A stretch of 64,000 nt of DNA. Source: Octopus bimaculoides (taxonomy: Eukaryota). The stretch covers positions 68,616,670-68,680,669 of the forward strand of contig NC_068986.1 of NCBI RefSeq assembly GCF_001194135.2. The letters run 5' to 3'. The notes beneath the pieces are model-generated. The model searched no databases, was not told the origin of the DNA, and saw only the letters and a program-made list of their open reading frames with translations. Positions 26,203 through 38,769 of this stretch are shown piece by piece. The translations under genes were made by a program, and so were the position numbers. Position 1 is the stretch's first letter. Each line of letters opens with the position of its first letter.

Positions 26203-27227
26203 CTGTAAAAGCAATTAATGCAACAATATACAAATACTGAAATTCATAAACCTTCCCATCCACAATAGTATAGATAAAAGATTTAAACCAGTAAAAGATA
26301 ATTTACAAAAATAAAATATTAATGAATAACATCTGTTAGGCCTCCTGTTCACAAAGGCTAATGAATTAAGGAGCAATAACAAAGCACATTGTCATATGGT
26401 GAAACTTTACTTTGGAAATTGTTGCAACAATATATAAATGTCTAAATTTACAGAAGCAACTTCAGTAGCTTAACATGAAACAGGAAAAAAAAAAGTATAC
26501 CTCAAATATTCTATTTTAGAAAACAGAGAAATGTTTCTTCTACTTTGGCATAAAATAAAGAAGCTGCTGTAGACTCAAATGGTTAGAGAGGTTTGCGCTC
26601 TCCACTACTTATATTTCCATACATATATAGATAGAATTCCTGATAGAAAAAAAAATAAAAGAATATTCTGGCAATCAAAGTATAAATCTCAAAGTAGATC
26701 TGCAACAAAATAGATATTGCTATCTGATATAGCAACGTCTGCTCACAAACTCTGATGAATCAGATAAATAAACAAATCATTGCTAAAGTTCAGACAAAGC
26801 AATATATCTCTGTGTATGCGAGCAGGTAAACTTAAGATGCAAGCAGCATTATATGTGTGCGGATACAAATATGCATGCACACACACAGATATGTTAGCAA
26901 ACATATACATATAAGTTTGAAAATTTGGGTAAATACAAATGCCATGGTTTTATATAGAACTCAAAAAGTAGTTAAGCTAAAAAGAACAGGTAAACTAAAC
27001 AACATACAATATGCGTATGTGTGTGTATGAGTATGCATATATGTGTTTACATACACATATGAATATGTGCATTATATAAGCAACTTAATTTAAATAATCA
27101 AGTTATTTGCTAGTTTACACATCTATATCCACAAAAATACAGGGAAAGAGAAAGAGAATTAGAGAGTGAGGAGAGAGAATAGAGAGTGATGCCCTAACAC
27201 ATATGAAAGCAAATAAATAAATAAATA

Positions 27228-27229
<2 letters not shown>

Positions 27230-27291
<62 letters not shown>
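27230..27291. repeat. (TA)n microsatellite
   Basis: Direct reading. Confidence 0.97.
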
Positions 27292-27293
<2 letters not shown>

Positions 27294-27520
27294 TAACATT
27301 CATACATGCAGTTTGCTTTCAAAACTGATATAAAATAGAGAAAATACATGCAAAACCAAAAAAAAAAAAAAAAAAAAAGAGAAGTAGAAAGCTAAAATCT
27401 AATTGTATTTCTGAAATAAAGAATATATGAATATTTTTAGGAAAGGAAATTTCTGGTTCAAAATTCTATCAATGGTAGGGAAATTCTATTGATCTGTCGA
27501 CAGTATTGATTTGTATTGCA

Positions 27521-27534
27521 ATACCCATGGCAAC
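27521..27534 (-). promoter_or_regulatory. RFX X-box-like site GTTGCCATGGGTAT
   Basis: Perfect GTTGCCATGG half of the canonical GTTGCCATGGCAAC palindrome, in a locally CpG-containing unique segment. Confidence 0.35.
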
Positions 27535-28360
27535 GAACGCTATTGAAAACAAGGCAATAAAGATAATCTTGTAAGCATCCACACAAACTTTCATGTATAG
27601 AAAAATTTACTGTTATCTAGCCAACAATTCTGTTTTTACAGTTAATAGATCACAAATTGTCAAGGGTTATTAACTCATACAGAGAGGAACACAATTTTTT
27701 TTTTCCCCTAACAAGAGAGTGGATGATTATTTTTTGCTAAAAGAAGCTAACATGAATTTGCTTTTATTGTAGCCTATACAAGACCTGAAAAGCATTACTA
27801 TTTTCCCATTCAGGTGGCTGGCTACCTGGTCTATTTTGAAAAAGATATCATGAAAAAAGCAAAAAAAGAAAAATCAATAATACTAGATAAAAATAATACT
27901 TTTCTTCTCAGACTCAGATTTCCATCTTAAAATGATGACAACTTTAAGTAATATTGTTTGGTTTTAAACACATCTATGTTTATGCTGATGGATTATGATC
28001 TATTTTGACATAATATTTTCATTAGGAAATCCAAATGAAAATTTTAACAAGCAAAGAATGTCTTATTGAATTAGCTTTTAGTGTTTCAAAAGAGAAAGAA
28101 AAAAATAAATGTATAAATCTTGGAAAATAAATGTATAAATCTTGGAAAATAAAATAAAACAAGTAATCATTATATCTTACACAATATGTTATATACAAAG
28201 CATACTTAGAAACACACACACATATATATATAAACATAAATATATATGCATACAAATATAAATTTATACACACACACAAATATACATACACATAAACATA
28301 TATATATATACATATACATGCATGCATACAAATATAAATTTTTATATACACACACACATA

Positions 28361-28754
28361 TTCTTTTATTCTTTTACTTGTTTCTGTCATTTGACTGCGG
28401 CCATGCTGGAGCACCACCTTTAGTCGAGCGAATCGACCCCAGGACTTATTTTTTGTAAGCCTAGTACTTATTCTATCAGTCACTTTTGCCGAACTGCTAA
28501 GTCACAGGGACATAAATACACCAGCATCGGTTGTCAAGCAATGTTGGGGAACAGACATAGACACACAAATACACACACACACATATACATATATACAACA
28601 GGCTTCTTTCAGTTTCCGTCTACCAAATCCACTCACAAGGCTTTGGTCAGCTCAAAGCTATAACAGAAGACACTTGTCCAGATGCCACGCAGTAGGACTG
28701 AACCCGGGACCATGTGGTTGGTAAGCAAGCTACTTACCACACAGCCTCTCCTGC
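28361..28754 (-). mobile_element. SINE family A, young copy
   Basis: Near-identical to 7433-7880. Confidence 0.95.
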
Positions 28755-29474
28755 ATCTATACATATATAAATATACATTCACTCATATATACATACATGC
28801 ATGCATATACACACACATATACATACATGTATATATACACACATATACACATACATGCATACAAACAAACACACACACAAACACATGTCAGCATTGAATT
28901 GGTAGAGTTAATAAAAGCAAAAATCATGAAATGCTTTGCTTATTTCAGAGTCTTGCATTTTAAATTCAAATTCTAGCAAAATCAACTTTACTTTTCATTC
29001 TTCTGGGATCAATAAATGAAGTACCAATCTAGGGTAGTGGATTGGCAGAATTGTTAGGGGTGACAGCTAGGATGCTTTGCAGCATTCATTCTGAGTTCCA
29101 ATCTCACTGTAGTCTACTTAAGTGGTAGACTTAATCTGTCACTTGGTTTAACACTACCACCTGGCCTTTGGATACTTTTAGCATTGTCCAGAGTTTCAAG
29201 AAAACAGTCAGATCTTTGGTTTTAGAAAACTTATTTCCCCAGCTCATAGGCATTGCCTTTCCTCCTAAGAAAGCAATACACACACACACAAATATACACA
29301 CATACATGCATACAAATATATACTCATACATATATAACTACACATACACACATGCATACATTTTGTAAAAGCATTTCTATTGCCTGATTTACGTTCTAAA
29401 ATCTTTCATTGAAGTAAAAGATATAAAAATTTTAAAACTTATTTGTTATTTTAGTGTATATCCATTAACTCTTT

Positions 29475-29610
29475 TAGTCCATTTTGACTACTCTAGTATA
29501 TGCCCATTTTGACTCCTGTGGTATATGCCCATTTTGACTCCTCTAGTAATGTGTCCGTTTTGACTCTTCTAGTAATATGTCCATTTTGCCTCTTCTAATG
29601 TATACCCATT
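29475..29610. repeat. 25-26 bp minisatellite, about 5 copies
   Basis: Unit resembles ccattttgactcctctagta(a)tatg. Confidence 0.85.
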
Positions 29611-29699
29611 CAATAATACATTATCACTCTATTTGCTCAAGTTTGTAGTTATATTGCCTATCTAATCAAGCTTGCGAACCATTCATTATATCTTTGATG

Positions 29700-31070
29700 T
29701 CACATTAATAAGCAAAACAATGTCATCAGCATGATTCAAATTTTCCGAATAGTTTCCATAAATAAATCTTCTCAACTCTTTCTTTTCCATTTCCAGACTT
29801 TTCCCTTAAGGCAGTTTATTAGATCAGCAAACAAGAGAAGTAATAAAACACTTCCATACAGCACTTCGCTCTCATCATTTGATCAGTGATCATTGCATCT
29901 TGATATACTATGCCTATTAGACAGACTGACTTTTGCAGCAAGCCAGAGTAACACAGAAGCTTCCAAGCTGTAACCCTATATACACAATCAAAGACCTTTT
30001 CAAAATTAAAGTATGTTTGAATCTGAAATATTATTGTACAATGTCTGAATAAATAATATTTTATCATTAAAACCATGCAATCACTGGAAACTTGTTTGTC
30101 CATCCATTAATATACTTTCCTAACAATCAATATCATACTCAGAATAATAAAATTGAACATTTTTTCATACTATGCTGCTCAGTTTTATATCTCTTCAAAG
30201 GCCATATTCTCTGTTATCCTAGGCACTATGTCAACCTTCCAATCTCCAAGTATCTTTCCTATACTCCATATATTACGAAACAACTTCAATAATGTTCCTG
30301 CAATTTCATGTTTATCCCTTTTTAGCCTTTCTCCTACAATTCCATTTCTCCAAGAATCTTTCCATTTTTTTGTTTGCCCGATGACTTTCAACAGATACTT
30401 CATTTATAACACTTCCAGCACTTCTTGTGGTTCAAGAATTATGAGAAGATTTCTTGCAATAAATGCTTTGTTCATGGTTGTTTTAAATATCCTCTCCATC
30501 TTTCTGAGATGTTTATGTTAGACATTATAAGTTCCCTATCAATACTAAACTCAAAGTGTTCTCCTTACTTGTAGTCTCATTATTTTCTGATTTCTCTGCT
30601 ACCTTGTATGTTAAGCAATTAATCTACTTCATTAACTTCCACTTCCAAAACTCTTCTATCACTTCTTGACTACCTCTTTATCTCTGTTGCAACCCTAGCA
30701 TCTTGGTCCATCTAATTTCAACAGTTTGTTTTTGTTCTTTCATGCCACAATAACTTCCCCTATTTTCATCCAAAATCCATTTCATTCTTTTTCACTTTCT
30801 TCTGGCTAGAACATGTTTGTATACGTTCTGATGTACTTCCTTGACATTTTCCCATGTGCCATCAATATCTGCATCTTCATCTGTAGCTTCAATTACAAAT
30901 CAATTCCAATATTGAATCACAAATTCATCTTTAAGTCTATCATCTCTCAATCTTCCTGCACGAAACCTGGTATTTCCAGCCTTCTTTTCTTTAGACTTCA
31001 GCTTTAATTGAATTGTCTCTGTTGCCTCCTGATGGCTACTTCCAATATCTATGACTTAATATGTTTGAAT
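29700..31070 (-). mobile_element. Old RTE-type LINE relic: endonuclease end, linker and start of reverse transcriptase
   Basis: Minus frames give DIGSSHQ...QLKLKSK...RFRAGRLRDDRLKDEF, EIAGTLLKLFRNIWSIGKILGDWKVDIVP (RT domain 0/1) and FEKVFDCVYRVTAWKLLCYSGL (compare DFEKAFDSV.R..LWK.L..YG). Confidence 0.85.
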
Positions 31071-33050
31071 GTCTGGCTGCAATTTTGTATCAAAATATAA
31101 TCTATTTCATCATCATCAACAACAACAATATTTAATATCCCTTTTTCCATGCTAGCATTTGGTTGGATAGTTCAACATGAACAGACAAACCAGAGTGCTG
31201 GGCCAGGCTCCAATATCTGCTTTGGCATAGTTTATACAGCTAGATGCCCTTCCTATTTGATTACAATATATTTCTATCTGGAGAAGTCCAGGTATATTTA
31301 TGAATATCCTTGTATTTAAAGAAAATACACGCTATAAGATTGTTGGTCATACAAAATGCTACCAAGCTCACACTATTTTCATTACCATATCTAAGCTCAT
31401 GTATGCCCTTATATCCCTCAACTGCAATTGCCAACTTCCATGTTTAGATCATCAATCACAGGTTTATATCATTTACAGGCATACAATCAATTCCCTCTTG
31501 TAGCAATTAATAGAAAGAATCTTTCTCTCCATCGGTTGCATTATTTTTCAAAAACATAACAAACCATTATATTAATGTTGCATTGCTCAGCTTTAAGCTT
31601 CACTAAAAGCATTTTGCCATTAGCTAAAGGTTTTCATTTAGATAATGCTTTTAAAGCTTTTAGCTTTATGTAATGTAACTAAAGAAAGTTATTCAAGCAG
31701 AGTACACCCCTCTCCAAGTTACAAACAGAAACAAAAATACTGAGTGGCAGATGATAATCAAGCTCATGTGACTGGGTTAATTCCCAAATATATTAACATA
31801 TATTACCAGCTCTGTGTCATTGCTTATATATGTCTATGCTATATGATTGTCCTATCTTAATTTACTGTATTGTCAGAGCAAGTAGTTAATTAGTTGTCTG
31901 TCAGATGAAATTCATCCTAACTTGCTTAATTAAAATAATTGCAGAATACAATATTATAGAAATAATTTCTTGTGTAGCAGTGACACCATCACAAACACAC
32001 ACACACACACACACACACACNNNNNNNNNNNNNNNNNNNNNNNNNNNNNNNNNNNNNNNNNNNNNNNNNNNNNNNNNNNNNNNNNNNNNNNNNNNNNNNN
32101 NNNNNNNNNNNNNNNNNNNNAAAATTACCATTAAAAAATTGGGTTACCTCCCCACTAAAAAATTGAGTTTGTGGCAACAAGAGATGGGATTAAAAGTGTT
32201 AGATCTTTTTGATTCAATAGTTCAATACATAACAGGCATGGTATGATTTGTTATAAAAATGTTATTAGATTCAATATATATAAATATCGAATCATTAGTA
32301 TCATATCATTAGTAATATATTTAACAGAAAAGGTGTTTCTCTATATGTCCTATTAGGTATGCCCAGTGATACACATTAACTGATTATAACGTTTTCCATA
32401 TTGGAGTACATGCTTATGCGCATGTGCAAAGACAAAAATTATCATCAACGCTATTTGAAATTTTTGCAGATAAATCTTACGATCTATTTATAGAATTTAA
32501 TTTGCTCTTGTGGTATAAAACATCTAAAAATATTTATTGCATAGTGTTTACTCTCTGGGATCTAGTTTTTATCATTTGCAAAATATGCATTTTTTTTTAA
32601 AAGACAGTAAAAAATCTGAAAATCGGCTATAATAATAAAGTTTTCCAATTTAATTGCTATGAAGGTATGATGTTATGGAGAAAAAAAATTGGAAGAAAAA
32701 GTTACAGAGGTTTAAAAATCAGAAAAACTGCGTATTTATAGCCAATAGCAAGACAGAAATTTTCAGTGTTTAGCAGAGCAGTGTCAACTTTAAGGTTGTA
32801 CCCTGTGAAATTTATCATTTAGCCTTCTGTGAAATGATTTCTTCATTGTAGGTTTCTGAATAAACAGAAATACCTAATAAAATCAACATGCATCATCTTA
32901 CTGTTTTTTTTTTTTTTTGTCTCTTCATTGACTGTATGTTCTTTTTTTTTTATTTGTAATATTAATATATTTGTTTGCATGTGTTTACTTTATGTGTATT
33001 TCAGCATTATGATTACCTGTCATGTATTTGTGTACATCATTAATATATAA

Positions 33051-33092
<42 letters not shown>

Positions 33093-33507
33093 TGTATGTA
33101 TGTGTGTGCAAGCGCATGTGTGAAAAGGGGGTGCCTGTCTCAAAAATGATTTCATGCTTGGATTTGTAAACTAGAATAAGAATAACACTGGTCAACAAAG
33201 AATTTTCCGAAGAAAAAGAATAGCTGTATCTTATATGTTTTTGCATGTAGAATTCAAAAATAATGTCAAATTATCCGTACTAAGTTCACATATTCCATTC
33301 AGCATCATATTGCCAAGAAACTGTATAAACATTGCAAACAACTTTTGCTATATGTGAAAAATATGTAAAAAATTAAAACAATTGGCAAAAAATATCTATA
33401 ATAAAATTCTAATATAAATTTTTATTAAAACAAAACACAAAGGTGAAGTAAATCTCATAGTACGAAGAATCAACACAGCACACAGGTGGAACACAATTCA
33501 ATGTGCA

Positions 33508-33556
33508 GTTATCATGGTAACAAGCTGTTAATGCCTCGCTGTCTGTTGATTGGCTA
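33508..33556. promoter_or_regulatory. RFX X-box (GTTATCATGGTAAC, 33508-33521) plus NF-Y CCAAT box (TAGCCAATCA on minus, 33547-33556)
   Basis: Exact fit to GTHNYY-AT-RRNAAC; CCAAT box 25 bp away; E-box CAGGTG at 33483-33488. Confidence 0.45.
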
Positions 33557-34028
33557 AAATTACCCAAATTTCCCAACTTTAATTCCAAATAACATCAGAT
33601 TCTTTAATTTACAAGATAAAGCAATTAGTTGATTGTAATCAAAATTCAGAGTAACATCAATACACCAAAACTGAAAGCAATCTGAGCAAAATTAAAGGGG
33701 GCTCATTTTGCAAATGAAAAAGACTAGATCCACTCTCTGTTTCTTTAATACTTATATTTTGTTTTGGTAAATATGAAGAATCTTTCCTAATGACAAATTA
33801 AAAAGAAAAACAGTTTTCAGGGTAAAATGAACATGTAGATTACAAAAACCTCAATAAAAATTAGGGCAAACTAACAGTCTCAGAGATATTCGCCTTTTAT
33901 GGTGGTTATGGACAAAGGTAAAATGTATGCACACTATGTAACCCTAACCAGTGTGCATGTGCTTTATCTTCACCCAACATTCTATGGTAAAATAAATGTG
34001 TATATTACAAAAAATAGAGCAAACTTAC

Positions 34029-34174
34029 TGTTTCAAATATATCCACATTTTGAAGAGGGTCCTGAATACAGTTTGCTGCTTCCCAGTGAAGAAAGCGATG
34101 GAGACATTCAGCATGATTCAGAATAAATTTAATGAACAGATACCTCACTACATTCTGCTTGAGGTACTTACAAA
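34029..34174 (-). CDS. Candidate exon, phase 1 to 0: CKYLKQNVVRYLFIKFILNHAECLHRFLHWEAANCIQDPLQNVDIFET
   Basis: Strong donor ACA|gtaagt; acceptor tttgtttactggcag| is plausible but less certain. The plus strand also has open frames here. Confidence 0.35.
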
Positions 34175-34651
34175 CTGCCAGTAAACAAATGTATGTAAAC
34201 TTAATTAGGAGCTAATGCAGAATCGCACCTCTTCCTACATTTTAGATGTCGGAGAGTACGAATATGCCAAAATAAAAAAAACACCTTTTCAAATTTCACC
34301 CCCACCCCCAATTTAAAATTTTGATTTTGTTTACCTTAAAGTGATCGTAGCGAATTGACGAACATATGCAAATTGAAATCAAATATAGACAAACATTAAA
34401 GTGAAAAGAATTTGTTTTACTTGTTAGACTTAAATAATTGTAAATAATAATTAAATGTAAATTAAATATACACCATTTTATGAGAAACAAACATTAATAT
34501 GTTTAATAATTAATGTTATAAAGTTTAATAAGGGGATTAAATTTCCCCCCCTTCCTCCAATTTTAAATTCTGAACTTTTTCATCCATTTATTTATTTGTC
34601 TGTCTATTTATCCCTATCTGTTTATTCATATCTATCTATTTATCCCTATAT

Positions 34652-34797
34652 TCATATATATATATATATAGCAATTGCAGCTTCGAAGATATTTGTTGGC
34701 CATTCAAGGAAAACAAAAAACCGTTAGATTCACTTCAACATTTAATTTTCAAAGACTATTGAGGTCATTTAAGAACACACAAAAAAACATTAGATGC
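34652..34797 (+). repeat. 146-bp exact duplicate of 35922-36067 across the gap
   Basis: Identical by eye from tcatatata...gcaattgcag to aaacattagatgc. Confidence 0.9.
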
Positions 34798-35640
34798 NNN
34801 NNNNNNNNNNNNNNNNNNNNNNNNNNNNNNNNNNNNNNNNNNNNNNNNNNNNNNNNNNNNNNNNNNNNNNNNNNNNNNNNNNNNNNNNNNNNNNNNNNNN
34901 NNNNNNNNNNNNNNNNNNNNNNNNNNNNNNNNNNNNNNNNNNNNNNNNNNNNNNNNNNNNNNNNNNNNNNNNNNNNNNNNNNNNNNNNNNNNNNNNNNNN
35001 NNNNNNNNNNNNNNNNNNNNNNNNNNNNNNNNNNNNNNNNNNNNNNNNNNNNNNNNNNNNNNNNNNNNNNNNNNNNNNNNNNNNNNNNNNNNNNNNNNNN
35101 NNNNNNNNNNNNNNNNNNNNNNNNNNNNNNNNNNNNNNNNNNNNNNNNNNNNNNNNNNNNNNNNNNNNNNNNNNNNNNNNNNNNNNNNNNNNNNNNNNNN
35201 NNNNNNNNNNNNNNNNNNNNNNNNNNNNNNNNNNNNNNNNNNNNNNNNNNNNNNNNNNNNNNNNNNNNNNNNNNNNNNNNNNNNNNNNNNNNNNNNNNNN
35301 NNNNNNNNNNNNNNNNNNNNNNNNNNNNNNNNNNNNNNNNNNNNNNNNNNNNNNNNNNNNNNNNNNNNNNNNNNNNNNNNNNNNNNNNNNNNNNNNNNNN
35401 NNNNNNNNNNNNNNNNNNNNNNNNNNNNNNNNNNNNNNNNNNNNNNNNNNNNNNNNNNNNNNNNNNNNNNNNNNNNNNNNNNNNNNNNNNNNNNNNNNNN
35501 NNNNNNNNNNNNNNNNNNNNNNNNNNNNNNNNNNNNNNNNNNNNNNNNNNNNNNNNNNNNNNNNNNNNNNNNNNNNNNNNNNNNTACCACACAGCCACTC
35601 CTATGCCTATGTGTGTATGTGTATATATATATATATATAT

Positions 35641-35921
35641 GGGAGAATATACAAATAATAACAACAGACGAGGACAGGTGGTGTAAATAACAAAAGTATA
35701 TATTAGTATGACGCTCGGGAATACGGAAAGTCTTTGACGTTTCGAGCTACGCTCTTCAACAGAAAGAATACGGAGACAAGGAGAAAAACACGGAGAAAAA
35801 AAATTGAATAGTGTTCAGTCAACGGTCAATCATAATAATGGCCGATCATAACAATGACTGACCGGAAGTTAGAAATTCTTATTTCAGGAGAGCTAAGAAA
35901 GGGGGAGATAACAAACGGTGA
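35641..35921 (-). mobile_element. Penelope-like element terminal repeat fragment
   Basis: CpG-rich and contains a minimal hammerhead motif; such motifs are established features of Penelope-like pseudo-LTRs. Confidence 0.7.
35731..35767 (-). ncRNA. Minimal type I hammerhead ribozyme motif with variant core CUGUUGA
   Basis: UCUUU-CUGUUGA-A-GAGC(GUA)GCUC-GAA-ACGU-C-AAAGA: 5-bp stem I, 4-bp stem II, palindromic ACGU stem III, GUC triplet. Confidence 0.7.
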
Positions 35922-35941
35922 TCATATATATATATATATAG

Positions 35942-36215
35942 CAATTGCAGCTTCGAAGATATTTGTTGGCCATTCAAGGAAAACAAAAAACCGTTAGATT
36001 CACTTCAACATTTAATTTTCAAAGACTATTGAGGTCATTTAAGAACACACAAAAAAACATTAGATGCAGCACAAAGTTTTGTCAGTGAACAGGTCACAGT
36101 TTCAGAGTGATGAAAATATTTTGGTACAAATTAAATTTAAATGTTGAAGTGAATCTAACAGTTTTTTTTTTGTGTATTCTTAAATGGCTTACAATCATCT
36201 TCCACGCTGCAATTG
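35942..36215. mobile_element. MITE with long (about 85 bp) imperfect terminal inverted repeats
   Basis: caattgcagcttcgaagat pairs with atcttccacgctgcaattg; aaaaaaccgttagattcacttcaacattt pairs with aaatgttgaagtgaatctaacagtttttt. Confidence 0.8.
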
Positions 36216-36547
36216 TTTTTGTTTCAGCACACAACCCCAGATCAAGTCACTTGCTATGCAAGTACATATCCGTAATTTAATTTTCATTTGTGTCAGAATT
36301 TTCATTGCTCGACTGGTATCACAGACAAACTTTATCCAGGACAGACACCAGCTGACAGACCAGATTTAACTGATAGAGTATTTAATATGAAACTTAGGGA
36401 TCTCTTGCATGATATTTTGGAGAAGAATGTTTTGAGAGAGGTTGCAGGGTACATGTAGACTATAGAGTTTCAAAAGCGTGGACTACCCCATTGTCATATG
36501 TTGTTCATATTAAAAAAAGATCCAAAACATTATGATAAATTAAGGAA

Positions 36548-37415
36548 ATCATCATCATCATCATCGTTTAACGTCCGCTTTCCATGCTAGCATGGGTTGG
36601 ACGATTTGACTGAGGACTGGTGAAACCGGATGGCAACACCAGGCTCCAGTCTGATTTGGCAGAGTTTCTACAGCTGGATGCCCTTCCTAACGCCAACCAC
36701 TCAGAGAGTGTAGTGGGTGCTTTTACGTGTCACCCGCACGAAAACGGCCNNNNNNNNNNNNNNNNNNNNNNNNNNNNNNNNNNNNNNNNNNNNNNNNNNN
36801 NNNNNNNNNNNNNNNNNNNNNNNNNNNNNNNNNNNNNNNNNNNNNNNNNNNNNNNNNNNNNNNNNNNNNNNNNNNNNNNNNNNNNNNNNNNNNNNNNNNN
36901 NNNNNNNNNNNNNNNNNNNNNNNNNNNNNNNNNNNNNNNNNNNNNNNNNNNNNNNNNNNNNNNNNNNNNNNNNNNNNNNNNNNNNNNNNNNNNNNNNNNN
37001 NNNNNNNNNNNNNNNNNNNNNNNNNNNNNNNNNNNNNNNNNNNNNNNNNNNNNNNNNNNNNNNNNNNNNNNNNNNNNNNNNNNNNNNNNNNNNNNNNGAT
37101 GCTGCTAATGTTCAGCTTTTCTCTCAAGATACTTACACTCTGACGGGTATTCACATTGACATTACACATCCAACGGAGCATACTGGCTTCATTCCTTGCG
37201 AGCTTACGTATGTCCTCAGCAGTTACAGCCCATGTTTCACTGCCATGTAGCATGGTTGTTCATACGCATGCGTCATACAGTCTGCCTTTTACTCTGAGTG
37301 AGAGTCCCTTTGTCGCCAGCAGGGGTAAGAGCTCTCTAAACTTTGCCCAGGCTATTCTTATTCTAGCAGCTACACTTTCAGCGCACCCACCCCCACTACT
37401 AACTTGGTCGCCCAG
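36548..37415 (-). mobile_element. Young RTE LINE 3' fragment, same family as 19928-20870, gap 36750-37097
   Basis: Minus frame RIRIAWAKFRELLPLL...GRLYDACVRTTMLHGSETWAVTAEDIRKLARNEASMLRWMC; (TGA)n tail. Confidence 0.92.
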
Positions 37416-38067
37416 ATGAACATATTTAGTTTTGCTGAAGGAATTATGAAACTAAAACTTAAGTGAGTGTATATAAAGTTGCTCTCAAGTGAGAGCAATT
37501 TTAGGTTTAGGATTTCAAATCTTGCTTGATTTATTTCAGTTATAATAGAATAATAAGTCACAGACTCTTTTGCTAAGGTAAACTGTTTAATGCAAACAAT
37601 TCCTTGATAACATTAGCTTTTACATGAAGCCTCTTTCCCTTGAAGTAGGAATTTCCTAAGTGCGTATTTTCAATAATATTGAGTAGTTCTTTGGCAGGCC
37701 ATTCTGAATGAGCAAAACAAATATTAGTTTCATTTAAAAAAATTTTTTAATTGCAGGACACTTTATCAAGGCTATGTATGTATTCATAATTAAAGTTAGA
37801 TTGATTGAGAAAAGTCAGCTTATCAGTTGACTGAAGATCACAGAGGTATGACACCTGAATAGTGAGATAAACTCTTAGGTTCAATTTAAAAAACTATATA
37901 TTATATGAATTTGCCATTTATGCAAATAACACATACATGCGATTTTAGACAATTTTCATATATTCAGCAGTTGTTCCACTTCATCATGCTGAAAAAAATG
38001 GTTGTTTATTTTAAATATCTGTATAGCTTTTGACTATTTCTGACAGTTTTAAACATAGCTGGCAATA

Positions 38068-38212
38068 TCGTCGTCGTCGTCGTTTAACGTCTGCTTTCCA
38101 TGCTAGCATGGGTTGGATGATTTGACTGAGGACTGGCGAACCAGATGACTACACCAGGCTCCAATCTGATTTGGCAGAGTTTCTACAGCTGGATGCCCTT
38201 CCTAACGCCAAC
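38068..38212 (-). mobile_element. RTE 3' UTR tip with (CGA)n tail
   Basis: Matches 19928-20080. Confidence 0.9.
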
Positions 38213-38769
38213 CATTCCAAGAAGAAAAAGATTTATTTTGCAAGTACTTCAATTATATTATTTTTATCTTGGTTTCTGTAAATTATTGGTCCACTGCTTT
38301 CCCAATAACCCTGAACTAATCTCAACCCTAATACATACTCTAAACTTCAAACTTAATTCTTACTTGTACACTTCCAATCCAACTCTGAAGTTCAACAGTA
38401 ACCACAGTCATTTCTTAAACCACAAAACTTGAAAATGAAAAGTTGTATGAAAATGAAAAGAAAACAAAATAGAGAAAGCATGTTCCTTACAGTAGTTGAT
38501 AATTTACAAAATAACAGAAGGTGAATGAAATGAATGAAATTGCTTCAATATCTAGGAATTAAAAATTTAGAATGTAAAGACATGCAAAAAATTTTATGAT
38601 AAAATGTAAGCATCCAAATATTTTTGCATTATTATGACTAATACTCCTTTCTTTTTGCTGAAATTGTTATATAGCCATCCTACCCAAACCAAGAGGATAA
38701 AATTCCAAAGAAATCCCTGATTTGTAAAGGGGACAGGTTGATGGTTAGTCTAAGTGTAGACTATTTCAG

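Noticed and set aside
28022-28483. 153-aa minus ORF and similar YIYIYI, CVCVCV, HTHTHT ORFs throughout
   Set aside because: Translations of SINE A plus dinucleotide microsatellites.
29475-29610. Short direct repeats as a CRISPR array
   Set aside because: No unique spacers; contiguous minisatellite in eukaryotic DNA.
29819-30103. 94-aa minus ORF with splice-like ends
   Set aside because: It is reverse transcriptase sequence of the RTE relic.
34675-35690. ORFs of 266-327 aa here and at 54345-55316, 20013-20759 and 36620-37250
   Set aside because: They are open only because they run through N gaps.
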